A stretch of 64,000 nt of DNA from Lophium mytilinum (lineage: Eukaryota): positions 1,366,726-1,430,725 of the forward strand of contig MU004198.1 in NCBI GenBank assembly GCA_010093605.1, in the 5' to 3' direction. The first letter of the stretch is position 1; each line of letters begins with the position of its first letter. Positions 24,901 to 36,548 of the stretch are shown piece by piece. The notes under the pieces are model-generated. The model was not told where the DNA came from, searched no databases, and worked only from the letters and a program-made list of their open reading frames with translations. The position numbers and the translations under genes are program-made.

Positions 24901-26187
24901 AACAACATGGTCAAGCTCGGCGAAGTTTGGGCCTCTAGAGCAGCTTGCAAGCAACGCCGTGGACGAGCTGGCCGAGTACGCGCTGGTATTTGCTATAAGC
25001 TATACACACGAAATGCAGAGATGATGAAGATGATGGAACGCCCCGAACCCGAAATCCGCCGCGTACCTCTTGAGCAGCTCTGTCTCTCTGTTAGAGCTAT
25101 GGGAGTAGCAGACGTCCCGGCGTTCCTCGCCGGCGCCCTCACGCCGCCCGACAGCACCGCCGTTGAAGGCGCCATCGACCTCCTTCGTCGGATGGGAGCT
25201 CTTGATGGCGAAGATCTCACAGCCCTAGGTCGTCATCTCGCCATGATTCCTGCCGATCTCCGGTGCAGTAAACTCTTGGTCTACGGCGCCACCTTCGGCT
25301 GCCTCGAAGCCTCTCTTACCATCGCCTCCATCCTTACCCTCCGTAGTCCCTTCCTCTCCCCCAAGGACAAACGCGACGAAGCCAAAGCCGCACGCGCTCC
25401 ATTCTCCCAAGGCCAAGGTGACCTAATCGGCGACCTCCGTGCCTACGAGCAATGGGCCAGCATGCGCTCTAAAGGCGTCTCTCCCCGTGAACTCCGCTTC
25501 TGGTGCGACGAGAACTTCCTCTCCACCCAAACCCTCTTCGACATCACCTCGAACCGCTCGCAGTACCTCTCTGCGCTCAAGGAAACAGACTTCCTCCCGC
25601 ACAGCTACTTCTCCTCCCCCGACAACAACAGCAAAACAGCCTACAACGCCCATAATACCTCCACGCCCCTCCTTCGCGCCCTCATCGCCGGCTCCTTCCA
25701 GCCCCAAATCGCCCGCATCGAGCTCCCAGATACCAAATTCGCGGCTTCGGTCTCTGGCGCTGTGGCGCTGGACCCGGAGTCCCGCGCTATCAAGTTCTTT
25801 ACGCAAGATGCTGGACGCGTTTTCATACACCCTAGCTCTACTCTATTCGGCGCGCAGACCTTTCCCGGGGATTCGCGATTCCTGTCGTACTTCTCGAAAA
25901 TGGCGACGAGTAAGGTGTTCATCCGGGATTGCTCGCCGTGTAACAACCTCTCCATGCTGCTGTTCGGCGGCAAGCTGGAGGTTGATACAGCGGGCAGGGG
26001 CGTGGTGGTTGATGAGTGGGTCAGGCTGCGTGGGTGGGCTAGAATCGGAGTGCTGATTAGTCGGTTGAGGGGGATGTTGGACCAGGTTCTCGCGAAGAAG
26101 ATCGATGAGCCGGGGACGAATGTTGGGGGTGAGGAGGTGGTCGGGTTGGTGAGGCGGTTGGTGGAGTTTGATGGGTTGGATCGGTAG
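21938..26187 (+). CDS. DEAH-box RNA helicase with UBA/RWD domains (DHX57/Ucp12/YLR419W-like), 3 exons
   Basis: Motifs GETGSGKST, TQPRRISA, DEVHER, MSAT and QRRGRAGR. Introns 22226-22316 and 24645-24693. Confidence 0.93.
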
Positions 26188-26465
26188 GTGTTGGGGTTTA
26201 GGGTGGGTAGAATCGATTGTGTTGTCGTCATATCCGTATACGCGAGTGATGAAAAGGTGATAGAGCACGTACGTGTAAACCGGGGAATCACCAGTCAAAA
26301 AGGATATGAATACACATACATGTCACGTGTACGAGCTCGCTCGCTTGCACCTTCCTTTGCAAACCATCACATGCTGAGCATCGTGCTGAGATATCCGCAG
26401 CCCTCGCCAACCTCAACCGCAGCTCTCACCTTCGATATTCCCAAACTCCATAAACACATCACAAA

Positions 26466-27281
26466 ATGTCCACTCCGGGAATAAAGTCCAGGCCCGCCGC
26501 GACGCCAATTGATATCCTCCCCACTGATGCCGCGCGGCTATACACCCACATCCACCCGGCCCTCGTCCTCTCCCTCTACGCGTTGCGCTTCAACGCCATC
26601 GTAGCAGACCCTGTCCCCGCGCTGCTGCAGACCCTGATCCCGCTCAGCACATTGCAGACCGCATATGTGACGATCTGCTTACCGCCGACTGCCGGGTCAG
26701 GATCCTCAACACCTGCGGTGGTGCCGAAAACTGCGAAGAAACGGGCCGGGGGTGCTGCGAAAGCCACTTCTGATTCGAATACGGCGAAGATTGTTGTACG
26801 TGTCTTCAACCCACCTATTTCTGTACTCGATGGGGTAGAATTATGTATTTGGGGGATGTTGCTGACATATCCATAGCCTGCACTTCTCTCCCTCATCCTC
26901 TCGCTCCTCGCTATTACGCCTCTCACAGGCATCACCCTTATCCTCTTCGGCGCGCCTATAACGACACATTTCGCGCACACCTTCCTCGCAGCCGCACACA
27001 TCGCCATCCTCGCGTTCCTGCCCCTCGTATACGTGCTCGGTGTGGACGGGGAGAGGTGGAGGGAGGTAGTTGGGCTGCTATTACCCGTCGACGAGGTAGT
27101 GGGCGGGATGGTGGGAACGCTGGTGGGTGCTTGGGCGGGCGCGGTACCGATACCATTGGACTGGGACCGCGAGTGGCAGAAGTGGCCGGTGACGATCGTA
27201 ACAGGGGCGTATGCGGGATATGCGCTAGGCAAACTGGCTGGGGGGTTGGTGTTCAAGGGGAGGAAGATTATGTTTGATTAG
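26466..27281 (+). CDS. GPI11: GPI biosynthesis protein PIG-F/Gpi11, 2 exons
   Basis: GAWAGAVPIPLDWDREWQKWP signature; LFGAP; intron 26796-26876. Confidence 0.93.
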
Positions 27282-27469
27282 GGTGGATGTATTTTACAAA
27301 TCACGATGGTTGGCGGATGTGCTATTTGAGGAAGAACCGCCTGGAGACTCGCGCAGTACCCGATCAAATCCTTCAACTCCAATATCAAATTAAAATTGTC
27401 TTCCGCTACCCGGATCCATGCAGGCAGGACTCTTCACAGGCACGGAAACTCTCATATCACCTCGCCTCC

Positions 27470-28335
27470 TCACCTCCTCCGGCTTTGCGCCCGCGTATCC
27501 AGCTCATGCTTCCCCGCGCAACATGGCGCCTCATCCCCGCGCCGGCCACAGCAATCCCAAACGAACCCCTGGGCACTATCACGACGGGTCCGCCGCTCTC
27601 CACGAGTCCAGGACGTCCAAACGGCGGCGTGCCAATAAGATGAACCTGGATGCCATCACTGGTATGGACCTCGATGGATATTGCCGGCCTGACCTGGATT
27701 TTTAGGAAGGCCTTGGCGTGGATTTGTAGGTAGGGTTGGGCCTGGAGTTATAGGTATGGCTGGGCCCTGGCTGAAATCGAGGGCTGGGAGTTGCTTGATA
27801 TGTCGGGCCTGTACTTTCTTGATATCGCGGAGGTGATCTCGCACTACGAGGTGTGCTCTTGCTTGGCTCTGTAGGCTCTCTTTCACTGCCTTTCAGAGGG
27901 TTCGAACGAATGGTAGCTGTCTCTAACAAACTTTGGTGGCGGTTCCCGATGTTTGATGCGGTTCGGATGCTTGTCGAGGTCCGGATATTTATCGTGGTCT
28001 GAAAGCTTGACGTGGTTTCTACTTTTGTCGCGATCCGTATACTTGTTGGGGTACAAGTAGTCATCGTTGTATGGATGCTTCCGATTGTCACGGTTAGCAG
28101 GCTTCTTGCAGCCTGAACGCTTGTCACGGTGCAGAGAGACATCGTCGTTTAGATATTCATTGTAGTCTGGAAGTTTGAGGCGGCTCCGATGCTTGTCGCC
28201 GCACTGATAGCCATCGCGATTCTGATGTTTGACTTGGTCAGAGTACTCAATACGGTCGGTAACCTTATCACTTTCAATTACTACTTTGCTGTATGACTCT
28301 TCCTTATAGCTAAATATTGGTTTGCGAATAAACAT
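27470..28335 (-). pseudogene. Interrupted gene ending in an HPG..WDCC..C..H zinc-finger-like motif
   Basis: ORF 28335-27883, a frame change to 27886-27656, then an in-frame TGA followed by WHPGSSYW...QGFVWDCCGRRGDEAPCCAGKH. Confidence 0.4.
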
Positions 28336-28756
28336 TGTTAGGGATAGCTACGCAGCGAAGCTAAGCCTGAGGAACAATCAGAGCAGTAGCGAAACAACTG
28401 AAGAGGAGTAGGAACTTGCTATGTCATCGCGATATTAGAGCTGATAAGGCTGAGATTATACATGAGCATTAGGTCGACATGTAGGTGTTGGTAGCTCTAG
28501 CCGCACGAACGCGACTCTTCAATCTGACTGGCAGAGACTCCATCACATGCACTAACTTTTCTCAGCCTTGCTGCACGACTACACAAAAGGTCAGATCGCC
28601 CAACGAAGCTGGTCTGGACTCGCTTCTGAAAGCTGCCTTAATCGCGCCTGCTTTTGCCTTGCTCTCACCACTTAGCTTGGATTATATTAAATCTTTACTA
28701 TAGGATTACTATCTATAATTAAGCTGCTCTGTTTTTTCAAGTTCTAGGTAGTCCCC

Positions 28757-30292
28757 TTACGTCTTAAGTACTAAATTATCCCCGGGCATCGTCCCATGAA
28801 TCAAATACGCATCCATCGCCTTCCACGTCTCCCCCTTGAGACTGTAAGACGTGTGCCCATCGCCATCCCTCGTCAGCAATTGCGCGCTCGGAAGTTGCTT
28901 CAGTAGACCATGGGCCCACACATAGGAGGTCTCGGGATCATGATACGCATTCACCAGCAGAATCGGCGGAACCTTGCCCTTGATCTCAATCTTATGCTGT
29001 GGATTCGCCAGCGGCGCCGGCCACCCAATGCAGAGCGTCTGATACGACCACGACTGACTAGCCCCCTTTGTGCGAGGGGATATATCACCTCCCAGCTGTT
29101 GCAGGTATAGGACGTCAGAGAGGGTGGTGCTCGAATGGGACCAGTCCTGGCACCCGACGGCCAGCCCGCCGTACACTCCATCATCTGGGGTGGCTGCCAG
29201 CCCTGTCGAAAGCGCTGTAGCGTTACCGGCGATGGCGAGCGCTATAGCTTCCGCACCCTCGCGCCATGTAGGCAAGAGGCTGGCTGGAATGCCAGGAGCG
29301 GGGTTCTTGAAGGCGAGCAGCTCCTGGACAGCGAAGCGCAGCTCTTCGCCCGTAACATTCGCGCGGCATGCTCCAGACTCCACGCAGCCTGGAGCTGGGA
29401 CGGGCGTCTTATCCGCTTTCTCCAGGAACTCGTCGAAGACGCGTGTAGCGTTCTTTCCAATGGCACAGTCGGGCGTGTCCTCACACCATTCCAGGAATCG
29501 CCCTAGTGCATCCGCGTACGTGCTCGCTTCAGTTACGAGCGTCGATGTCTCTGACTGCGAGTGGTCCGTGATTGCGTCCAACGCCAATGTGCGAAAGTTG
29601 TCGGGGAATAATTCCGCATAGGCAGCTCCGATCTGCGTGCCGTACGAGAAACCGAGGTAATTCAGCTTTTCGCCGCCCAGCGCGAGCCGGACCGCCTCGA
29701 GATCGCGCGCCACGCTGGTAGTATCGACGTGGTCGAAGAGCGGACCGGTCAGGTTGCGACAGCTTTCACCGAGCGCTTTGTTATGCGCCACCAACTTCTC
29801 GAACTCAGCTGTGGTAGTGGGGAACGTGGTGACTCGCTCGTTGTAGATATCAGGGTCGCACCGGATGGGCGTGCTACTGCCAATGCCTCGTGGGTCAGGC
29901 GCTACAATGTCGAAGGCGGCACGAAGCTCGGGAGACCAGTATGAGGAGTTGAGTTGCGTTTCGAGATTTGCGGCGTCGATGTTCAGCCTAGTGGCAGCGC
30001 CGCCAGGACCGCCGGGGTTGATGATGAGGGATCCAATGTGTTGCGATGGTGAGGTGGCCTTCAGGCGGTTCATGCCGAGTGTTATGTTTGGGCCGCTGGG
30101 GTGGCTCCAGTCGAGAGGGACGTCCAGGGTGGCACATTCGAGGCCCATGCCTTCGGCGCAAGGAGACCATGCCAGCGGCTGCGGTTGGTAGTTGTATGAG
30201 GGCCTCTTTGGGAGGGCAACGGCGAACGGTGTGAGGAAGATGGAGACGGTGAGGACCTTCGAAAGAAAGATCTCAGGAAAGAATGGGCGCAT
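28757..30292 (-). CDS. Secreted alpha/beta hydrolase, TAP-like (peptidase S33), intronless
   Basis: Signal peptide; motifs CATLDVPLDW, NPGGPGG, DPRGIG, GFSYGT (nucleophile), DPET and GDGHTSY. Confidence 0.92.
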   Translation of the reverse strand: MRPFFPEIFLSKVLTVSIFLTPFAVALPKRPSYNYQPQPLAWSPCAEGMGLECATLDVPLDWSHPSGPNITLGMNRLKATSPSQHIGSLIINPGGPGGAATRLNIDAANLETQLNSSYWSPELRAAFDIVAPDPRGIGSSTPIRCDPDIYNERVTTFPTTTAEFEKLVAHNKALGESCRNLTGPLFDHVDTTSVARDLEAVRLALGGEKLNYLGFSYGTQIGAAYAELFPDNFRTLALDAITDHSQSETSTLVTEASTYADALGRFLEWCEDTPDCAIGKNATRVFDEFLEKADKTPVPAPGCVESGACRANVTGEELRFAVQELLAFKNPAPGIPASLLPTWREGAEAIALAIAGNATALSTGLAATPDDGVYGGLAVGCQDWSHSSTTLSDVLYLQQLGGDISPRTKGASQSWSYQTLCIGWPAPLANPQHKIEIKGKVPPILLVNAYHDPETSYVWAHGLLKQLPSAQLLTRDGDGHTSYSLKGETWKAMDAYLIHGTMPGDNLVLKT

Positions 30293-31490
30293 AGCGGGCG
30301 ATAGTGTGAAGGGAAAAGGAGCCTATGCCGCGTACGTAATGGATTAGATGGTAATGCAGAGAAGAAAGTTATGTAGTAGTTAATGTATGACGAGAGGGAG
30401 AAAGCAAGAAGAAGCTAGGCGTGGATGAGGGAATTGTAGGAATATTGGGTCTTGCTTCACTAAGAAACTCGAGAAACACTTATATCTCATCTTCTCAGGT
30501 ACCTAATTTTAGTCTGTAAGCAAGAAGAGGCTGAATTAGCATGCCCTGGGCCATTTCTGGTCTTCTGCGGGTCATGGTGGTCAAAATGCGAAATGAAACC
30601 GTGTTTAGGGGCTGTGGAAGGCAGACAGTGTGGTGCAAACAGGGTTTATGTAGATCACGGACGTCGCTCTCGAGGCACAGAATAGTCGACCGTCCTACTT
30701 TTTGGGCACTTTCGCTTCTTACATAATAAGCGAGGCCATGAAGCCCAGACAATGCTGACTCTCTTTTCCCAATGGAGATACGCAACGCGAATACAATTAC
30801 CGCATTAGTTATCTCTGGATAGTAGAACACGGAGCAGAGATGATGGCCACAGTAGCGTCTCCCATCTAGCCTCATGCACCGCTGAACACCCTCCCCTCTT
30901 CCAGCTATTTGACCCAAGACCACATCTTAAAATCAGCCGGGGTGAAGCGTCCCATAAGGCCGGGAATGCTTCCATTTGGAAGAAAGACTGTTTCCCTCAG
31001 CCGCATTCTGGTTACTGGTCAATTTGAAAGATGCATGGCTTAGGAATTACCTCCCGGTTTCACCACCGAGTCCTCCTCTAAAACTGATAGAAAAGAAAGA
31101 TGGCCTAAAGAAGCTCACGGATGATGCGGAATCTTGCCGTGCTTGCGAAACAAATTACATTCAAAAGAAGCGAAGACCAAGGCTACATCCCTTGCAAGAG
31201 TGATGAGAATCTTGAAAATTAAAAGTTCTGCGTGCCGACGTTCCGAACGAAGGAGAAGCCGATCTCAAAAGAGCATCTTTCTGGCTCTGATCTGTATGAC
31301 AATTGAAGTGGCATTTCACAACTCGAAAGATCTCAATTTAACCCAGCTTGACTCATGAAGTCCCAGCTCAAATGGATCGAAACCGATATGGGGTGCCGAA
31401 AAGTAGTCGCAACATCCAGGCCAAAGCACACACCAGCCACGCTTTCTACGCTGCCCAATCTCGACCATCACAGTCCTCGCAACTTCATCC

Positions 31491-32269
31491 TCAAAGTAGA
31501 AGCATAGCAAACAACCCAGCTACCGCGCCCACAACGCCTGCGCCAGATGAGATGCCTTGTAGTGTAGCAGCACCAGTCGAGGTCGCAGCGGCCGGCGAAG
31601 CCGTAGACGGAGTAGCGGACACGGCTCCCATTGGCGACGGCTGAGCACCGCTAGAGTTGGTGTTTGCAGCAGCCTCAGCAAATGCGGAAAGTGCGTTCCC
31701 GGAGGTCCTATATCAATAAGTGAGCAAGAGCGTCTGTGTAGAATGGCGATTTCGAGCGAACGCACGGAGGATTTATGGCCCCAACCATACCCGCCTTGCA
31801 ATGATCGACGGGCGCGTTCTGAGATCAGTAGAACCAGATCGGATCGGTATTTTCGATCGCTATTGAGAAGGTTTTGGTCTGTGAACGTTAGCTGCCTGGG
31901 ACTGCAATCTTCAATATGGAGAACAGAGAGGAGATGTACATCGGGTTTGGACGAGGTAGCAATGAAGCCACTGAAGAAACTCGTGCTGCTCAGTGGCTCA
32001 CACGGCTTCTCAAACGACGATTGGGTCACTGTGTGGTTTTGGGGATAGAACTTAAACACAATCGTGTCGCCGACCGCTGCGGTCGTGGTGTTGGGCACAA
32101 AGCTCAAACCCTCCTCTCCGACCTCGACGGTGTGGGTTGATGATGCAGACGCCGTGGCAGTAGCAGTGGGCGCGGTAGAGGAGCTAACAGCGTCGTTAGG
32201 GGAGCCGTACTGGGCTACGGCCAGAGCGAATGGCAGAGTGCCGAGGACGAAAGCGGTGGAAATAAACAT
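31491..32269 (-). CDS. Secreted, probably GPI-anchored cupredoxin-like Ser/Thr-rich protein, 3 exons
   Basis: Signal peptide; introns 31879-31939 and 31708-31765; NHTVTQSSF..PC and WFYCSQ..DHCKAGMVGAIN (His/Cys/His/Met type-1 copper ligands); hydrophobic C-terminus. Confidence 0.88.
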
Positions 32270-33701
32270 TCTGCGTTCTGCTATGAGGTAGTTTGAGGTA
32301 GTTTTGAAGCAATTATGGAATTTTATTGGGATTTGAATTGGTATTTGTGTTCCAAAAAGGTTTGTGGTGGTGAGAACTCTAGCTGGAGCGGAGATCTCGG
32401 ACCTTGATAATCGAACCTCGCGAAGAAGCAAGCAAAGGCTGCGCCCTGCGCTTGTCCAAACCTTCCGCAGAGTATCAAGGCGGATAAAAAAGGGCTGGCA
32501 GATGTGATGACAGACGGCCGGGGGCTTTCAGCAGAACATGACGCAAACAGGTTAGTGCTAAAGACAAAGAATAAATTGAGGATTAGCACCGAAAACACTC
32601 CAAATGGCTTTCCAGTTCCTCCAATCCAAACATACAAGAAGTTGGCGGCTTGCAGAAAGAGCTTGCACACGATAGTAGAAATGCCGCACGTTAATTTTGT
32701 TTGATATGCAGCATAGCCACCACCAGTACAAACTCTACCCCGCAAGCACCAGAAGGATCAAAAGCCAAGACGTGTTGTTCAATGCAGTTGTAGTCTGGAC
32801 GAATAGAAGGCTTCTGTACATGGAAGCAAGCTTTGACTGCGTTGCTTAGCTTGAGTGAACATGACAGAACACAGGTTTAAGCCTACGGGTGTGAATCTCA
32901 CAAGCCCACCCGCCTTAACGAAAAAAGTGACGGGACGAGACGATGGTACATACAAGTGCAATTCCTAACTCTGAAAAGACGTCAAACCACCCAAGATATG
33001 AGGGGCACAAGATTTAGCTAAGGTAATTGGAACTACTACCATGCATAGAGCGCTGGTATGCTCAAGGCACGGCGTTATAGCGGGTAGCAAAGGCTTCAAT
33101 ATCTCGGCAACCACGTTGTCAACTGGTAGCCTACTGCTCGGATGCTTGATGAAGCAGAGTTCACGGCCTCACACCGAAATCCCCGAGATTCCCGTTCCCG
33201 ATTCATGTGGAGGCGGCCTTGGTATTGCAACAAAGCCTGGGTCTCCAAGTGTCCGATCGGTCAGCAGCGAGCTCGACAGTCCGGCTTCGGCATCGTTCAG
33301 TGGCTTTCATTATCCCGCGAGATGCAACTCCTATCCGGCCAAGACTTGGGCGGCCTCAGAGGATTGGCTCGTAGCGGGTTTAATGTATGTTGCGACCGAG
33401 CGCCCTTCAACATGGTGGCTATAGAGAGCGGAGCTAGATAGGAGGCAAAGATGCTTTAGAGGTCTCCTCAGTTGTCCAGGGATGGAAAAATGGGTTGCAT
33501 GCTGATCAGAGATGAGTTGGAGGTTGGAAGTCAAGCCGATCAGATAGCTGCAGATGACAAAATCAACCTAATCTCGCTGGGGCTTAGCTTAAGCTGAATT
33601 GAGCCGTCCACAGTACATCTGGTACCGGCCACAGAACAGAAACTTCCGCTTCAACTCCCCATCTAAAAATACACCCAGCTTCCATCAACCCTTCCATAAA
33701 C

Positions 33702-34832
33702 ATGGGACGGCCAAAGGGAAACTTAGGATGGAGAGACTCCTCCAACGTGGAACGGAAGAAACCTGACAAGAAGAAGCAGGCCTCGAAAAAGCCCGCCGAC
33801 GTCGCATCACCAGTGAAAGACTACGAAGGCCCAATTCCATTCGAACTCCTACAGTTGCTTCTCAACATCTTCAAGAATTCCTTTGCGCACCTGCTGGAGT
33901 CTGACTTCGCCCCATTGCTACAAGAAGTGAAGCAGCATTTGTTCAACCGGGACTTCGCGCAAGCGTTTGGAAGACAGGATTATCTCGAGGCCTATGCGGC
34001 CCGCTGGAGCTCATCGAGAGCCCTGGGCTACCTCGAGATCTTTGACTACGTCTCCAAACACGTTTTCAAATCCAATGCGCAAGACGTTGTGAGGTCAAGT
34101 GCTTCCTACAAAGCCGTGTGTTTTGGCGGAGGAGGTGGCGCCGAAGTCGTTGCCCTCGGCGGGTTCTTGGACTTTTTGAGCCAATCGAACGGCATGCAGA
34201 ACGGCAATGCTTCGACGGATGAGACTAAAGAAGCCTCTAGCCGGCCTCGGATAACGAATTTTGATGTCCACTGTGTAGACATAGCCAACTGGGGACCCGT
34301 AGCAGATTCCCTTTACACCAGCATGATCTCCACACCTCCGATATACAAATATGCCTCCGCAGCTGCCAAAGCTGCCAACAGGCCTTTACTGGAGGCCTCA
34401 TCTTTCCACGTGACCAGTCATCAGCAGGATCTTCTCGACCTAGATGTCTCCGCGCTCTCTCATCTCCTTCAGGACGCAAGCCTCGTCACCCTGATGTTCA
34501 CCCTCAACGAGCTCTACTCATCATCTCTAGCCAAGACGCAAGCATTTCTGTTGAGAATGACAACATGCGTGAAGAAGGGAGCGCATCTGCTTGTCATTGA
34601 TAGCCCGGGGAGCTATTCGACAGTGTCATTGAATGGGAGCGAAAAGAACTATCCGATGCAATGGCTCCTGGATCATACGCTACTACGGAAGGCCACTCCA
34701 GAGGGCTTGGCATCATGGGAGAAGTTGGAGAGTGATGAATCACGCTGGTTCAGATTACCGCAGGGGTTGAAGTATCCCATCGAGTTGGAGAACATGAGAT
34801 ATCAACTTCACTTATTCCAAAAACTTGACTGA
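33702..34832 (+). CDS. BMT6: 25S rRNA uridine-N3 methyltransferase Bmt6-like (DUF3115)
   Basis: Motifs HLFNRDF..AF, YAARWSSSRALGY, GGGGGAEVVA, TLMFTLNELY and DSPGSYS. Confidence 0.8.
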   Translation: MGRPKGNLGWRDSSNVERKKPDKKKQASKKPADVASPVKDYEGPIPFELLQLLLNIFKNSFAHLLESDFAPLLQEVKQHLFNRDFAQAFGRQDYLEAYAARWSSSRALGYLEIFDYVSKHVFKSNAQDVVRSSASYKAVCFGGGGGAEVVALGGFLDFLSQSNGMQNGNASTDETKEASSRPRITNFDVHCVDIANWGPVADSLYTSMISTPPIYKYASAAAKAANRPLLEASSFHVTSHQQDLLDLDVSALSHLLQDASLVTLMFTLNELYSSSLAKTQAFLLRMTTCVKKGAHLLVIDSPGSYSTVSLNGSEKNYPMQWLLDHTLLRKATPEGLASWEKLESDESRWFRLPQGLKYPIELENMRYQLHLFQKLD

Positions 34833-34921
34833 AGCGATCCCCTGACTTGGCTCCTGCAGCCCTATTTTCTTTCTCATTCCGTATACGTAAGGTTATCACT
34901 GGGCCATTTTCCAATGTGCCA

Positions 34922-36067
34922 TCAATCCCACAGGCTAGCTAATAGCTTTCGATTCCCCGTCCACGGCTCTCTAGCATGCTGCACTTGATGATTGTCTATC
35001 AGCAAAACATCCCCTGTCTGCCAAGTCACCTTCGCTTTGATCTCGTCAATGATTTCCACCGCTGTCTCCAAAAATCGGTCCGGGATCAATTCTCCATCGC
35101 CGTAAAAGCAGGGTGGAGAATACGCCCCCTTATTGTCAATATGCGGAGCACGTAACGTCCCTCTACCTTTTGCATTCAAATACCTGGACACCGCGTTGTT
35201 GAAAAATGCTATGTTTCCTGATTGTTCATGTCGGCGCAAAGCTGGGAGCGTTTGCCATACGCGGAGATCGCCCAGAAGATTGGTTTCGGACTGATTCTCC
35301 CATCCCCAGGAAACAGTTGGGAGACGACGGATCTCTGTTTCGACCTTCTCGCGCGCTTCGTCGACCGTGTCCGTGTCGAGCACACGGATGCCATACGATT
35401 GGAGAACGGACGTTCCGGGAGAAGACACGTCGTCGCGAGGTCGGTTGGGGTAGAAGAGCTGGTACTTCACGCCCTTCTGTTCAAGCGCTTCGATGAAACT
35501 CGGTTCTCGTTCTTTCAAACGTTCATAGAGGACGACCGAGTGATTGATTGGCGTTTCTCCACCAGTCTCCGGCGCCGACATGCAGAAGAAGAACACGTAC
35601 TGCGGGTAGTGCGGGCTCAGCCCAAACTCGTTATGCGGATACACCGGCTGCGTATTCGGACCCTCATTTGCGGTAGCCACGTTTGGACCGTGAATTGTTC
35701 TCCGAACTGGATTTCCAATGTCTTCGTGCGCAGGCCAACCGAAAGCATGCGCAAACTGAGAGAACTCATCCGAAGACTTCAGGTGCAGGTCTTTGAAGTA
35801 AATAGCGCCGTGTGCGTTTAGAAGACGTCTAATCGATCCTGAGGATGAAAATCGCCGTATCGAGGCGACGAACTTGGAAAGCGGGACATTTGCGACTGTC
35901 GGCGATACAGCCAAAGGGAACTCGGTATCTGCGGGGAAGGGTGATGGGAGTTGGATTGATGCTGCGTATGGTACTCGCTTGAACGAGGCATCTTCTTTCC
36001 AGATGAGCGATTCATCTTGCTCAAGCGAGGCTGATATTGCAAACGTAGGTTGAAGTTGCGTTGCCAT
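34922..36067 (-). CDS. TauD/clavaminate-synthase-like Fe(II)/2-oxoglutarate dioxygenase
   Basis: HNE facial motif, GGETP, and WQTGDVLLIDNHQVQHAREPW. Confidence 0.9.
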   Translation of the reverse strand: MATQLQPTFAISASLEQDESLIWKEDASFKRVPYAASIQLPSPFPADTEFPLAVSPTVANVPLSKFVASIRRFSSSGSIRRLLNAHGAIYFKDLHLKSSDEFSQFAHAFGWPAHEDIGNPVRRTIHGPNVATANEGPNTQPVYPHNEFGLSPHYPQYVFFFCMSAPETGGETPINHSVVLYERLKEREPSFIEALEQKGVKYQLFYPNRPRDDVSSPGTSVLQSYGIRVLDTDTVDEAREKVETEIRRLPTVSWGWENQSETNLLGDLRVWQTLPALRRHEQSGNIAFFNNAVSRYLNAKGRGTLRAPHIDNKGAYSPPCFYGDGELIPDRFLETAVEIIDEIKAKVTWQTGDVLLIDNHQVQHAREPWTGNRKLLASLWD

Positions 36068-36548
36068 AGTGGTGATTGAGTTTCTTTATTTCTATAGATA
36101 TTTGCTCGAACTCGGCTATGTGTCTACGAGTTGCGAGCCCTATAGCCAAATTGCGCATCATAGTTATCCGACGATGAGAAGATGATCGTCATGAACCCTA
36201 GACAGCACGCAATTTTCCAGTCAGCCCGAATTGCTTGGAGCTCATTCAACCTCGCCTACGACTGAGCGCTGTACTCTTTCATACTTACTCCGGCGTGCTA
36301 GCTGCAAAGCAGAAGGCCGCCGATGTTGTCAACTCACTCTGTGTGCAGATTTTTCAAAAGATTGGAGCTCCACCGAGCACGACAACAGTGGGGCACAATG
36401 CGACATACCAATTGGATGAATGTATAATATATATTCGGCGCCCAATCCTTGCCTTGGCGGAATCCGCCGATTTACGACTTGAAAACTTAGCAAGGTTCAT
36501 TCTGGTTTTCTAGTCTTTCTTTAACCCTAGGTTTAGGATTTTGGTACT

